64,000 nucleotides of DNA from Perkinsela sp. CCAP 1560/9. Taxonomy: Eukaryota > Protista > Euglenozoa: Kinetoplastea. The notes under the pieces were generated by a model that saw only the letters and a list, made by a program, of their open reading frames with translations, had not been told where the DNA came from and did not search any database. The stretch is taken from NCBI GenBank assembly GCA_965644495.1, contig CBFFSA010000006.1, forward strand, positions 372,001-436,000, in the 5' to 3' direction. The translations under genes were made by a program, and so were the position numbers. This document shows positions 22,136 through 31,195 of the stretch, in pieces (position 1 is the stretch's first letter; each line of letters opens with the position of its first letter).

Positions 22136-23527
22136 ATGCTAGGATATACTTGTAAAGATTGTAAAGATTGCAAATCATCACAGATACCAACAAAATTTAT
22201 GACAGTTGGGAGCAGTTCATTATTAGTGCCTCTCCGAGAAAATACACATACTCAGAGCAAAGCCCAAGCTGCGACATATAACGCAAAATTCCTGAGACGA
22301 TATGTCTCCACTCGGGACGACACACGCTCTATTCTTCGTATTGATCAGCTTGACGCTCTCAATCTACAATCTGCTCTTCTCCGTGTTCTTTACACCCAAC
22401 TTTCTCAGATATTTCTTCTTTTTCCCCAGGGGAATTCGGTGTCTCACTTATTTACTCACTACATCTCAGAGCTTCGGAGTATTCTACACGCACTCCTCCT
22501 ATTTGTGGCACTACCACAAGTGTACGGTGATCGATTGCATAACCTTTTCTACGGGACGTATTTTACTTGGAAATTGAAAGCAGCGTACATATCCTTGGAG
22601 GTTCTCTTACCGTACGCCATTCAAAAGACTTCTGCTCAAGTTTTTGAAGCGAATTGGGATCCTGATCCGAGCGTGTCTTGCTTTTCGTCGCGACGTGTAT
22701 TCATATCTCGCATATTGGATTTTGGTGAAATAGCAGCGCAGTCATTCAGTTTAGTAAACACTATTCTTTTTCTGTGGGTGGGAAAGTATCGCAACCTTAC
22801 TGATCGTGTTCTTGGTTTGCCTTTACGCTACGGATCGCAACGCATGATAAAAATATTGTATGCCCCATTCGTTCTTCGCGCACTGTCTTGGAGAATCCTT
22901 TCAAGTTTTTTACATACCACAGGACCATGGTTACGTCCCATATTCCTAGGCTTACTCCGCGGACCACAATGCTTGATACAATATACGCAAGTATTTTTTC
23001 ATTCGGTAACTCAAATAATATCTGTATCACTGCGTATATTGGTCCTTTATCTGAAGCCAATAATGGAGCGGAGTCCTACGTTTGGGCCCGGTTCCAACTT
23101 TAATTCTTTTCGTCGATTCCTTTTTGAGCGGTTTCTGTCATTGACCCCCTCTATAACTCGTCAAAGCAATTCTATAAATATGGAAACGGGTGGTGCAAAA
23201 ACTTTGTCAAACCCTCTGTCAAACCCTGATGATGGAACTGAGATTCGGCACTCGCTGCTTTCCTCTTTATCTTCCTGTGGAATATGCTGTGCTTGCCCGA
23301 TCTTAATATCTGTGCACTGCATGCCATGTCGCCACTCCTTTTGTTACTATTGCATCGCTCGCATTCTTCCGCTGCGATGCGAGACTTCCGAAACTAGTCA
23401 AGAGAGTTCTAAGCGGCGACCTAGTCTTACACCTGGGGGAACAAACTTAATTTATCTGAACGCTGATGATGAGAGACCCATGTGTCCAAAATGTGATCAT
23501 TCTGTATCGCATCTCATTCGTGGGTGA
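22136..23527 (+). CDS. PEX2: Peroxin 2 (RING peroxin)
   Basis: LRIDQLDALNL, YGDRLHNL, SLVN..LFL..GKYRNLTDRVLG, C-terminal RING with CRHSFCYYC and CPKC. Confidence 0.88.
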   Translation: MLGYTCKDCKDCKSSQIPTKFMTVGSSSLLVPLRENTHTQSKAQAATYNAKFLRRYVSTRDDTRSILRIDQLDALNLQSALLRVLYTQLSQIFLLFPQGNSVSHLFTHYISELRSILHALLLFVALPQVYGDRLHNLFYGTYFTWKLKAAYISLEVLLPYAIQKTSAQVFEANWDPDPSVSCFSSRRVFISRILDFGEIAAQSFSLVNTILFLWVGKYRNLTDRVLGLPLRYGSQRMIKILYAPFVLRALSWRILSSFLHTTGPWLRPIFLGLLRGPQCLIQYTQVFFHSVTQIISVSLRILVLYLKPIMERSPTFGPGSNFNSFRRFLFERFLSLTPSITRQSNSINMETGGAKTLSNPLSNPDDGTEIRHSLLSSLSSCGICCACPILISVHCMPCRHSFCYYCIARILPLRCETSETSQESSKRRPSLTPGGTNLIYLNADDERPMCPKCDHSVSHLIRG

Positions 23528-23768
23528 TCATTTAAAAACTTGAATTTAAATTTATCGCCTCAATCAAGAGCTCTCACCTCATCCTTTAGGAAGGGGCCTT
23601 TACGTTCCTTAAAAACTTTTCGATCAAATTCTATGAATATTTTTGAATTGTAGTCACTGAAAAATCGTAGGGTTTAGCGTTTTAGAGATGTTTAGAGAAT
23701 ATATTACGCACTTCTTTCGTATCCAAGAATTTCTGTGTAAAAAAATATATTTTCGCATTGGTGGCACC

Positions 23769-25307
23769 ATGCAATTTTCTCATCGTTGTCTTCGAAGACC
23801 ATTTCTGGGGTTGACTCGCAGGGTAATCTTATGCAACATTCAAACCGCATATCTCGCTCAACAAGCTACCCCAGCAATCAGTGCGGTCACCTTTGCCAGC
23901 ACACGAGGTCTAGCAAGCGAGGCCCTCAGTAAGACCGATGACGGGAAAGTAGTCGCCGCTCCCTCAATGGATCGGGTCTGGGAATTGTGGAGTGAGGGAA
24001 ATCTTTTTGCTCTGCCTATCGCGGAGCTACAAGCGTTTCTTCGCGAACAGAAGGTCCCCGTAGACTTGACATGGAAAAAGACAACTCTAGTCAAACAAGT
24101 AGAGGAGTTAGTGGGCAAACAGAAAAATACAGGACGGAATGTGAAGGATATTACCCCAGTCTCCGGTTTAGCCAAAACCGCAGAGGGTCCCGGAGGTGCG
24201 CTCAATCCCGCGGATGTCTACGGAGAGCTCGCCGGTGACGGCATCCTCGAGAGTCAGACCTTTGTGGACGTGCAACAAAGTGGGCTCTACACGGGTGCCG
24301 ATGCCATGGGTCCGATCATCCCCCGTGCATTTCAGCTTATGCATGAGTCCATCTGTCCCGACGTCCTACTCAGTCGTATCAACACCTCCGCATTTCCCGG
24401 GGGAAATGCCACTCTCCAGGCCTTTACTTTAATCCAAGCTAAGGCCGCGAGTGCGAACAAAGCTCGCTTTAACAAAGCCTTCCAGTGGTGTGTGATGAAT
24501 TTATGGAATATGAATATGGACGGGGAGGCTCATGTCTCCCTCGGGCGTCTGTTGTTGTGGAAAGGAGCGCAGGGGAAGCAAGTCCAAGCCCCGCTCCCCG
24601 GGGGCGCCGATGAGTACCAGACGCTGTGGACGCTGCAGCAACAGCTCCAGGCGGCGCAACCCTACAGCTGGCTTGGTATTGCCCATGGCGATTGTGGGAA
24701 ACATGTTGCGGAGTTCCTGTCACAGAACGGGTGGACGGAGACGCAAAATGGGGAAACCACCACGACCTATCGTGTCAGTGTGCAGCGACAAAAAGAAGTC
24801 CTGGAGGGGGAAGTGGGGGTAGACGGAAAGACGATTAGCTTACAAAAAAGCTGGGAGCGGTTTCTACTTACGTTCTACGTACGAGACGCCATGCCCGATG
24901 TGCGTATCCAGCTTCGCGCACGTATGCCACTGAAAAAGAAGACGGCAGAAATGTTTCAGAACGTGAATTTGATTAACGTCCTTCCGGGTGGCGAAAAGGT
25001 CAGTAGTGCGCTCCCTGGTGATCTCGGCGAGGTTGTCTATGTCTTGCGACAAGAGACCAAGAGTTGGGAAAAGAAATTGAACTCAGGTATTCTGTTAACA
25101 CTATCAGAAACGACCACCAACGTTGCGTTTACGAAGAAGGACACACGTGAGAAAAGGTTGGAGTATGAATTAAGCACAAAGCTACCGACGCAGGACAGCA
25201 AGCCAGATCTGACAGCGCTAAGTGACGAGCTTTGGGAGGCGGTGCTGTCGTTTGCGTCGGCGGTGCAGCCTGGTATGCAGGCTTTCCGTTGTTCTCCTAA
25301 GTCGTAG
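23769..25307 (+). CDS. GAP1: Guide-RNA-associated protein GAP1/GRBC2 (RESC2)
   Basis: VWELWSEGNLF, PRAFQL.H, AF.WC.MN.WNMNM.GE, LWT.Q..L.A..PY.W, MPD.R...RAR.P.KK and RLEYE match T. brucei GAP1 as recalled. Confidence 0.88.
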   Translation: MQFSHRCLRRPFLGLTRRVILCNIQTAYLAQQATPAISAVTFASTRGLASEALSKTDDGKVVAAPSMDRVWELWSEGNLFALPIAELQAFLREQKVPVDLTWKKTTLVKQVEELVGKQKNTGRNVKDITPVSGLAKTAEGPGGALNPADVYGELAGDGILESQTFVDVQQSGLYTGADAMGPIIPRAFQLMHESICPDVLLSRINTSAFPGGNATLQAFTLIQAKAASANKARFNKAFQWCVMNLWNMNMDGEAHVSLGRLLLWKGAQGKQVQAPLPGGADEYQTLWTLQQQLQAAQPYSWLGIAHGDCGKHVAEFLSQNGWTETQNGETTTTYRVSVQRQKEVLEGEVGVDGKTISLQKSWERFLLTFYVRDAMPDVRIQLRARMPLKKKTAEMFQNVNLINVLPGGEKVSSALPGDLGEVVYVLRQETKSWEKKLNSGILLTLSETTTNVAFTKKDTREKRLEYELSTKLPTQDSKPDLTALSDELWEAVLSFASAVQPGMQAFRCSPKS

Positions 25308-25636
25308 ACTTAAAGCTCGAAGTGAGCGCTTTCTTCGGGGAAATCAGGAGAAAAGTGATTTGGTTCTTGGATACGTAGTGCAGATCTATAAATGTACTAC
25401 ACTCATCACATATATTTTGGTGCGCAGAGCACGTCACAAAATACAATGATTCTTCCTGTTTATCTTGTAACAAGGCTGATACAACGTTCTTACGCATGCG
25501 CTTGAGAATTTGGTACACATGTATTCGATTCAGATTTTTGTGTAAGCTGTTTGGTGCTAAAATTAGTGTTTTTTAACGAGTAGGAACCCTTTTTTGTCTT
25601 TTTGAGGGTAACGGGAACTCTGAATATTAATTTACA

Positions 25637-27016
25637 ATGAGCTATGAGACAGATAAATCCAAACAAAATCTCGGAGCCACAGAGGAGTGTGCGCTAGACA
25701 TCCGGACATCCGAGGCTCCTGTCCATCACCAGGCGAGTTTATTTGCCACTGTGGCCAACATTCTATGCACTATGATTGGAGGTGGGCTCCTTAGTCTACC
25801 CCTTGCCTTCGCCCAGGCTGGCCTTTTTCCCGGTCTTCTCCTGACGGCGGTTTGCGCGTCCACATGCTTAATTGCCGTCTACTTCATAGCTCGAAGTTGT
25901 GAGAGTATTGGTGTGTTTTCGTTCCGAGGTCTTGTAGTTCATTCATTTTGCCACCTGCCCTCTCGCTTGCTAGGGGCGCTGGCGGAAGGGATTATATTAT
26001 TCAGCAACACAGGCTCTCTGCTGATCTACGCAGTGGTGATTACAGACTCCATGCCGGGGATGGCAGCCCACTACTGGGGTGTCGCTGGACCTTGGACGGA
26101 GAAATATTTCTGGCTTCTCACCTGTGGAGCATTTTTCCTGCTCCTCAGTCCAATTCGCCGTTTACATGAAATTGTTGCCATTGCGGTGTTTGGTTTTCTC
26201 GCAATGATATACATTTCTGTCGTATTGTTTGTGCGGTGCGGTAAAAATCTCACCGTTCTTCCAGAGAATAGCACGCACTGGGGCGTCGCGTCGACCTCTT
26301 TGCTCACCGCGTTTAGTCTAATCAATGGGGCTTACATGTTTCACATGAACGTCCCCCCGCTCTATGGTGAACTTTACAACGCGTCTCCACGGCGTATGCT
26401 CTTCGCAGGGGGTATTTCCCTTGTCATTGCCTTCCTGCTATACGCGAGTGTGGGTATTTGTGGATACTATCTTTTTGGAACCCCAGAATTGCTCTCACTC
26501 AGCTCTGGGGGGAACTTTTTAAACAGCTTGCCCGCAGAAGCGATTGATGTGAATCTAGCCCGGCTGATGATCGTGCTTCACATTGTGTGCGCGTTTCCTA
26601 TTTATGCTTTTGTCGCTCGCCGGGCCCTGCACATTATCTTCACAGGGCAGGATGAGGAGGAAAATTTTCTGCGACGTGCAATAACGGGAGGGAGTCTGGT
26701 ACTCCTCACAATGGGCGTCGCACTCTTTATTCCCGATCTCGCGTTATTGTTGTCCTTTACCGGGGCTGTCTTTGGTTGTACATTTGGGATGATTCTTCCT
26801 TCCGTGATTTATTACCGAATTCATGGTGGGGCCTGGAGGCAACACAGAGAACGAAATATATCAGTTGGCGATTCCAACGTTGTACAATCGTCGTCTCATG
26901 TACCCTCCACGCACTTAATGAAGCTTGCCCCCGTACTAGCGATTCTTGGATTCATAGCAATGATCACAAGTGTAGTAGTAATGGCCCGTGACCGTGCCTT
27001 AAAGGATACATTGTAG
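25637..27016 (+). CDS. Amino acid transporter (AAAP/SLC38-like)
   Basis: ANILCTMIGGGLLSLPLAF, AYMFHMNVPPLY.EL, about 11 TM segments. Confidence 0.92.
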   Translation: MSYETDKSKQNLGATEECALDIRTSEAPVHHQASLFATVANILCTMIGGGLLSLPLAFAQAGLFPGLLLTAVCASTCLIAVYFIARSCESIGVFSFRGLVVHSFCHLPSRLLGALAEGIILFSNTGSLLIYAVVITDSMPGMAAHYWGVAGPWTEKYFWLLTCGAFFLLLSPIRRLHEIVAIAVFGFLAMIYISVVLFVRCGKNLTVLPENSTHWGVASTSLLTAFSLINGAYMFHMNVPPLYGELYNASPRRMLFAGGISLVIAFLLYASVGICGYYLFGTPELLSLSSGGNFLNSLPAEAIDVNLARLMIVLHIVCAFPIYAFVARRALHIIFTGQDEEENFLRRAITGGSLVLLTMGVALFIPDLALLLSFTGAVFGCTFGMILPSVIYYRIHGGAWRQHRERNISVGDSNVVQSSSHVPSTHLMKLAPVLAILGFIAMITSVVVMARDRALKDTL

Positions 27017-27367
27017 GAGAGGAAAGAAATGACAATCCTGTAAATGCAGTACATGTCAAGATTGGGTCAAGCATTTTTTAGCGCATTTTGATCAACGTTT
27101 TACACTGCCATTTAAAATGAACCCCACAAAAAGATTTATAGCGAAAATGATACTGGCCAATCACATACCGTATCCTAATTTTCGTCATCCTTTTTCTTTC
27201 TAGTTGGTTAGTATGTAAACGAGCTTATATGGCACATGTACTTGTTCTAACTTGGTGGCATCAACTTGGTTCCGAAATACCTGAACTTTTCCTAATAAAA
27301 TCTATTCAAATAAAAAATACCCGTACGTATTTTTTAGAGCAAGCAGGCTTTCTTTTTCATTTTTGAC

Positions 27368-28198
27368 ATGACATGGGGGCAGCTTGTTATTGGCCCCGCG
27401 GGAAGCGGCAAAACGACGTACTGTACTGGCATGTACGATTTTCTCACACAACTTTCTCGCTATGTTGTGGTAGTGAATTTGGACCCAGCACAAGAGTCGG
27501 ATCCCTTGCCTTATCCATGCAAAGTCGATGTTCGAAAATTAGTCAATTGTCAAGATATCGCAGAAAAAGAAAAACTTGGTCCCAACGGTGCACTTCTATC
27601 TGCCATGGATTATCTTGCAATGCACACGGATTGGCTTATATCGACTCTCCTCGAGATAGAGGAGTTCGACAAGGCCTATGTTCTTTTTGATTGTCCAGGA
27701 CAAATTGAACTCTACATTCATCATGATGGAATGAAAAAGATTGTTGCTCAGATATGCAAACAAACTAAAATGCATCTCGTAGGTACACATCTGATAGATT
27801 CTTTGTGTTGTCGAGGTATGGAAAGTTACATCGCAGCCGTATTGGTATCACTTTCGTCAATGATACCTTTTGAAATTCCTTTCGTTCATGTCCTTACCAA
27901 AGTTGATTGTATTGTAGCGCAAGATTTGTTATTTGACATGGACGTTTACGAATCTGCGCAAGATCTATCAGCCTTTCTCGCAAGATACCTACGAAACAAT
28001 AAGAAGACTAAAATATTGGGAAAGCGAAACTTTTTCTTGAAGAGCACTGCAGACTTTCTTGACAGTGTTGGTCTAGTGGAATTTTGTTTTCTTGATATTC
28101 AAGATAAGGTTTCAGTGGGAAAATTAGTTTCAATTATAGATGTCATTGGCGAGTACTGTACTTGCGAAAATATGATCAAAACATCTTGCGACACATAG
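27368..28198 (+). CDS. GPN2: GPN-loop GTPase 2
   Basis: GQLVIGPAGSGKTTYC.GM, VVNLDPA, LGPNG, LFDCPGQIEL. Confidence 0.88.
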   Translation: MTWGQLVIGPAGSGKTTYCTGMYDFLTQLSRYVVVVNLDPAQESDPLPYPCKVDVRKLVNCQDIAEKEKLGPNGALLSAMDYLAMHTDWLISTLLEIEEFDKAYVLFDCPGQIELYIHHDGMKKIVAQICKQTKMHLVGTHLIDSLCCRGMESYIAAVLVSLSSMIPFEIPFVHVLTKVDCIVAQDLLFDMDVYESAQDLSAFLARYLRNNKKTKILGKRNFFLKSTADFLDSVGLVEFCFLDIQDKVSVGKLVSIIDVIGEYCTCENMIKTSCDT

Positions 28199-28400
28199 GC
28201 GTATCAAATTATTGATAGTATCTGAATTTTCAAAACTTCCGAATTTTAATGCTTTGATAAATAAGATTAATTTTGAATTTTCAAGCTCATATCAAGAATA
28301 GCAAGTTATTGAGCTTTTTGCTTTATTTCGCGAATATCTTGCAATGAAACTCCACATAAAATCATACCGGACAGGATACCAGTAAACGTTTGTCGGGACT

Positions 28401-30317
28401 ATGTCCCCATCCTTCCGAATATGGTGCGGTCCTAGGCGCCACGCTTTGTCCCGAATCTGCTGTTTATCACGGCAATCGCAGCCCTTTGGATCACGATGTC
28501 GGATGGCAAAGTTCAGTTCCAGGTTCTACGAATATGAAATACACATACCAATTCAATGTTTTTCATTGCTAAGAACATGTCGTCGCGAATATTCAGCCGA
28601 AAGCGCGAGTAATGAAGAGGAATGCGGACCAATTTTATTAAGCCCCTTAATTCGAGAGCTTAAGGCATTGCCAACACGTGAGGAGATAGTAAAAAATCTT
28701 AGTGAGGTACGCACGCAAGAAGAGTTTGAGACGTGTGTGAATCAAGTGAGACAGTTTATAGCACAAAATCCAACGTTCGGCGTAATTCACGATCGTAGCG
28801 ATATCCTCCACCGCCTCATGGAAGCATCTTACCAAGTGCGCGAAATTGAAGTCTCGTGGAACACGATGCTTCTTTTCCGGGAGAACGGGATGCATCTGAT
28901 TCGGCCTCATGTGTACGCCGTCCTTAACCTTATTCGCAGAAATATGGAATATCGTTTGGAAAATGAAGGGAGAAATCCGTCTGTGGTAATAGAAGTACTC
29001 GCTCGTCTCCGACAATTCATCCACTATATGGACGTAGATGAAATTTTAATGGACTATATGCTATGGACACGCATCATCGTTGTACTTTTACAACTAGTGA
29101 GTCTTCTCGATAGGCAGCTATTGTACCGGGATCGATGGAGCTACAATACTACGAAAAAGCGGGAAGGGCTTTACATCGACTTTGTCGTAACACATGAGCG
29201 CCTTACTGACTACGATTTTACCGTTCAAGAGACATATCGTTTTATAGATGAAATACTTGTACGCATACGCAGTGTTGTCCCCTCTCGGCCGAATTTCGCT
29301 TTTATGCACCGCATGGCAGAGCTCATGTTTGCATGCGACGATTTTGATCGCATGTATTCCATACTGGAAGATATGAAAGGTATGGGCATGTATTACTCGG
29401 ACTCCCTTACTTCCCGCCTCCTACAACTTGCAATTGGATTCAACTATCCAAATGCAATGCAGTTGTTCGTTGAATGGAGAGTTTTTCACGAGGGGTCCGT
29501 GCTTAATGCATTTGATTGCTTCCGTATACTGGCATACTACTGTCGCTCCGGAGGGGGGAAGCCATGCCCAAAATGTGGCGAGTCCTTCAATCATCGCAAC
29601 GGTTCCTTGGATCATTGGATAAACTGCACTAAGCCGGAGCACAGATCATGTTCGTACCTTCAGCTCGCTCGAACCTCGAAGGGGCTTTACAATGACCTTC
29701 GAGATATTCCGCAAAATTCAGACTGGTCATCGCAGGCCTTCACAGTTCTAGAATTCGCTCAGCAACGTAGCATTACTTGGGGATCCGGAGAGTGGCGCCT
29801 GTTCTTGCTGTGCTGTACCTTTTCCCCGAGAGCAGTGGAGGCAATAGAAGCCATGGAAAAAGAATATCCTCTCAAGAAATGGGATGACATTATTTCGTGT
29901 ATGGTTTGTCGTTTATTGCGCTTCAATAAACCTTCAGAACAACTTAAGCTTTGTCATCGGTTGAAGTCTGAAGGGAAATACATACATACGATGGTGCTCA
30001 ATGAAGTGCTCTTGGGTAGTTACCACATAGAGGACGCTGGAGCTCGAGAAATGCATCTCGACTACTGCGTCCAACTAATGCAAGCCACTGGAAGTGTTCC
30101 ATACTTGTGTACACTGGACACACTTTTGTCACACTTCAAGAAGATCAAAGAAAATGGCGAAGCGACCGATCATGAGCATACGTTGGTAAATCAGATCATC
30201 CTTTGGGCTCAGCGTACCAGCGGAACTGCAAAACGTAGCTTCTGGGAAACTGTGCCTGGAACCTCTCGGAAGCACCGCACCTATCCTGTACCTGAACTTT
30301 CACATTTCTCACAATGA
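28401..30317 (+). CDS. PPR-like helical-repeat protein with inserted Cys/His cluster, likely mitochondrial
   Basis: R-rich presequence; PPR-like helix pairs (e.g. ILEDMKGMGMYYSDSLTSRLL); CPKCG...NH...HW..C...H..C. Confidence 0.7.
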   Translation: MSPSFRIWCGPRRHALSRICCLSRQSQPFGSRCRMAKFSSRFYEYEIHIPIQCFSLLRTCRREYSAESASNEEECGPILLSPLIRELKALPTREEIVKNLSEVRTQEEFETCVNQVRQFIAQNPTFGVIHDRSDILHRLMEASYQVREIEVSWNTMLLFRENGMHLIRPHVYAVLNLIRRNMEYRLENEGRNPSVVIEVLARLRQFIHYMDVDEILMDYMLWTRIIVVLLQLVSLLDRQLLYRDRWSYNTTKKREGLYIDFVVTHERLTDYDFTVQETYRFIDEILVRIRSVVPSRPNFAFMHRMAELMFACDDFDRMYSILEDMKGMGMYYSDSLTSRLLQLAIGFNYPNAMQLFVEWRVFHEGSVLNAFDCFRILAYYCRSGGGKPCPKCGESFNHRNGSLDHWINCTKPEHRSCSYLQLARTSKGLYNDLRDIPQNSDWSSQAFTVLEFAQQRSITWGSGEWRLFLLCCTFSPRAVEAIEAMEKEYPLKKWDDIISCMVCRLLRFNKPSEQLKLCHRLKSEGKYIHTMVLNEVLLGSYHIEDAGAREMHLDYCVQLMQATGSVPYLCTLDTLLSHFKKIKENGEATDHEHTLVNQIILWAQRTSGTAKRSFWETVPGTSRKHRTYPVPELSHFSQ

Positions 30318-30389
30318 CCCGTATGCCAAATTCTCTTTTTACTATGTTTCGGTATTCGTAAATATACGTAGATGTATAGAATATCGTTT

Positions 30390-30456
30390 TAGCAGTTAGT
30401 ACTCATCCCATATGGTCCTCCGTTCATTTTGTATTATGGAACAATTTGCAAGATTC
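30390..30456 (+). pseudogene. Degenerate copy of AGA-box snoRNA B
   Basis: Same scaffold as 30633-30701 but the stems carry mismatches; AGA retained. Confidence 0.55.
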
Positions 30457-30464
30457 CGCGCAAA

Positions 30465-30547
30465 GAGTTCGGTCTAGGAACTGATGCAAAATTGTGCGCG
30501 GAATGCGCACGTGGTGTTTGTTTCAGGCCGAAGGACGAACGGGATTT
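30465..30547 (+). ncRNA. H/ACA-like snoRNA A, variant copy (box reads GGA)
   Basis: Same hairpin and identical guide pockets (taggaa / gccga) as 30713-30793, but the box is GGA, so possibly non-functional. Confidence 0.6.
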
Positions 30548-30632
30548 GTCTTGGAGTTCTATATTTGAAACCTTTTGGTATCATTGCATTTCATGAATAC
30601 ATTGTAGAGCGTAGAGTGTTTTCTTTCCTCCT

Positions 30633-30701
30633 AAGCAGTTTGTGCTCATTCCATATGATCCTTCCATTCATTTTGGAATATGGAACAATATTGCGAGATT
30701 C
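30633..30701 (+). ncRNA. H/ACA-like single-hairpin AGA-box snoRNA B
   Basis: Lower stem gcagtttgt/acaatattgc, pockets gctc / atgga, upper stem attcca..atga/tcat..tggaat, AGA 16 nt from the pocket top and followed by 3 nt. Confidence 0.72.
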
Positions 30702-30712
30702 CGCGCAAATAG

Positions 30713-30793
30713 TAGTTCGACCTAGGAACTGATGCAAACTTGTGCGCAGCACGCGCACGGTGTTTGTTTCAGGCCGAAGGACGAACGAGATTT
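30713..30793 (+). ncRNA. H/ACA-like single-hairpin AGA-box snoRNA A, predicted guide for LSU Psi equivalent to yeast 2880 (snR34/SNORA65 target)
   Basis: Stems gttcg/cgaac, cct/agg, ctga/tcag, gcaaac/gtttgt, gtgcgc/gcgcac; AGA 15 nt from the pocket top; pockets UAGGAA and GCCGA pair with the conserved LSU sequence UCGGC-U-C-UUCCUA. Confidence 0.88.
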
Positions 30794-30880
30794 ATCTTGA
30801 AGTTTTACATCGAAAGCACTTTTGGTATCATTAGCTTTTAATAAATATATTACAGAGTGTAGAGTGTTTTCTTTCCTCCT

Positions 30881-30948
30881 AAGCAATTTGTGCTCATTCC
30901 ATATGATCATCCATTCATTTTGGAATATGGAACAATATTGCGAGAATT
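30881..30948 (+). ncRNA. H/ACA-like AGA-box snoRNA B, second intact copy
   Basis: gcaatttgt/acaatattgc stem, same pockets as 30633-30701, AGA at 30943-45. Confidence 0.72.
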
Positions 30949-31195
30949 CGCATTAAGTTACTCTTATAACTTGTAAAGGGTCTCATCACTTAATACTGGT
31001 TGTTCAGTCTTTGTTCGCACTACGATTCCTAGTGTCATCGGTTGGGAACTTTTTTTTCTTTTTCTAAAAAACGTCCATAGTATTTTACATTATGCCGGAC
31101 GGTGGTTCGAACATGTGTGAAGCAATTTCGCACTTTTAGAGAAACGTAGGATTTATTCATAGACTTCAGCAATTGAGCACTCTTTTTTAAATGAC

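Larger units (their letters stand above)
30390..30948 (+). repeat. Tandem repeat, ~245-bp unit x ~2.3 (snoRNA cluster B'-A'-B-A-B)
   Basis: Highly similar direct repeats, e.g. taggaactgatgcaaa at ~30475 and ~30723; tatggaacaat at ~30435, ~30679 and ~30926. Confidence 0.9.

Noticed and set aside
30478-30545. Hammerhead ribozyme-like words (ctgatg...ggccgaagg.cgaa)
   Set aside because: The CUGANGA/GAAA core is absent; the H/ACA fold with an rRNA-complementary pocket explains the sequence
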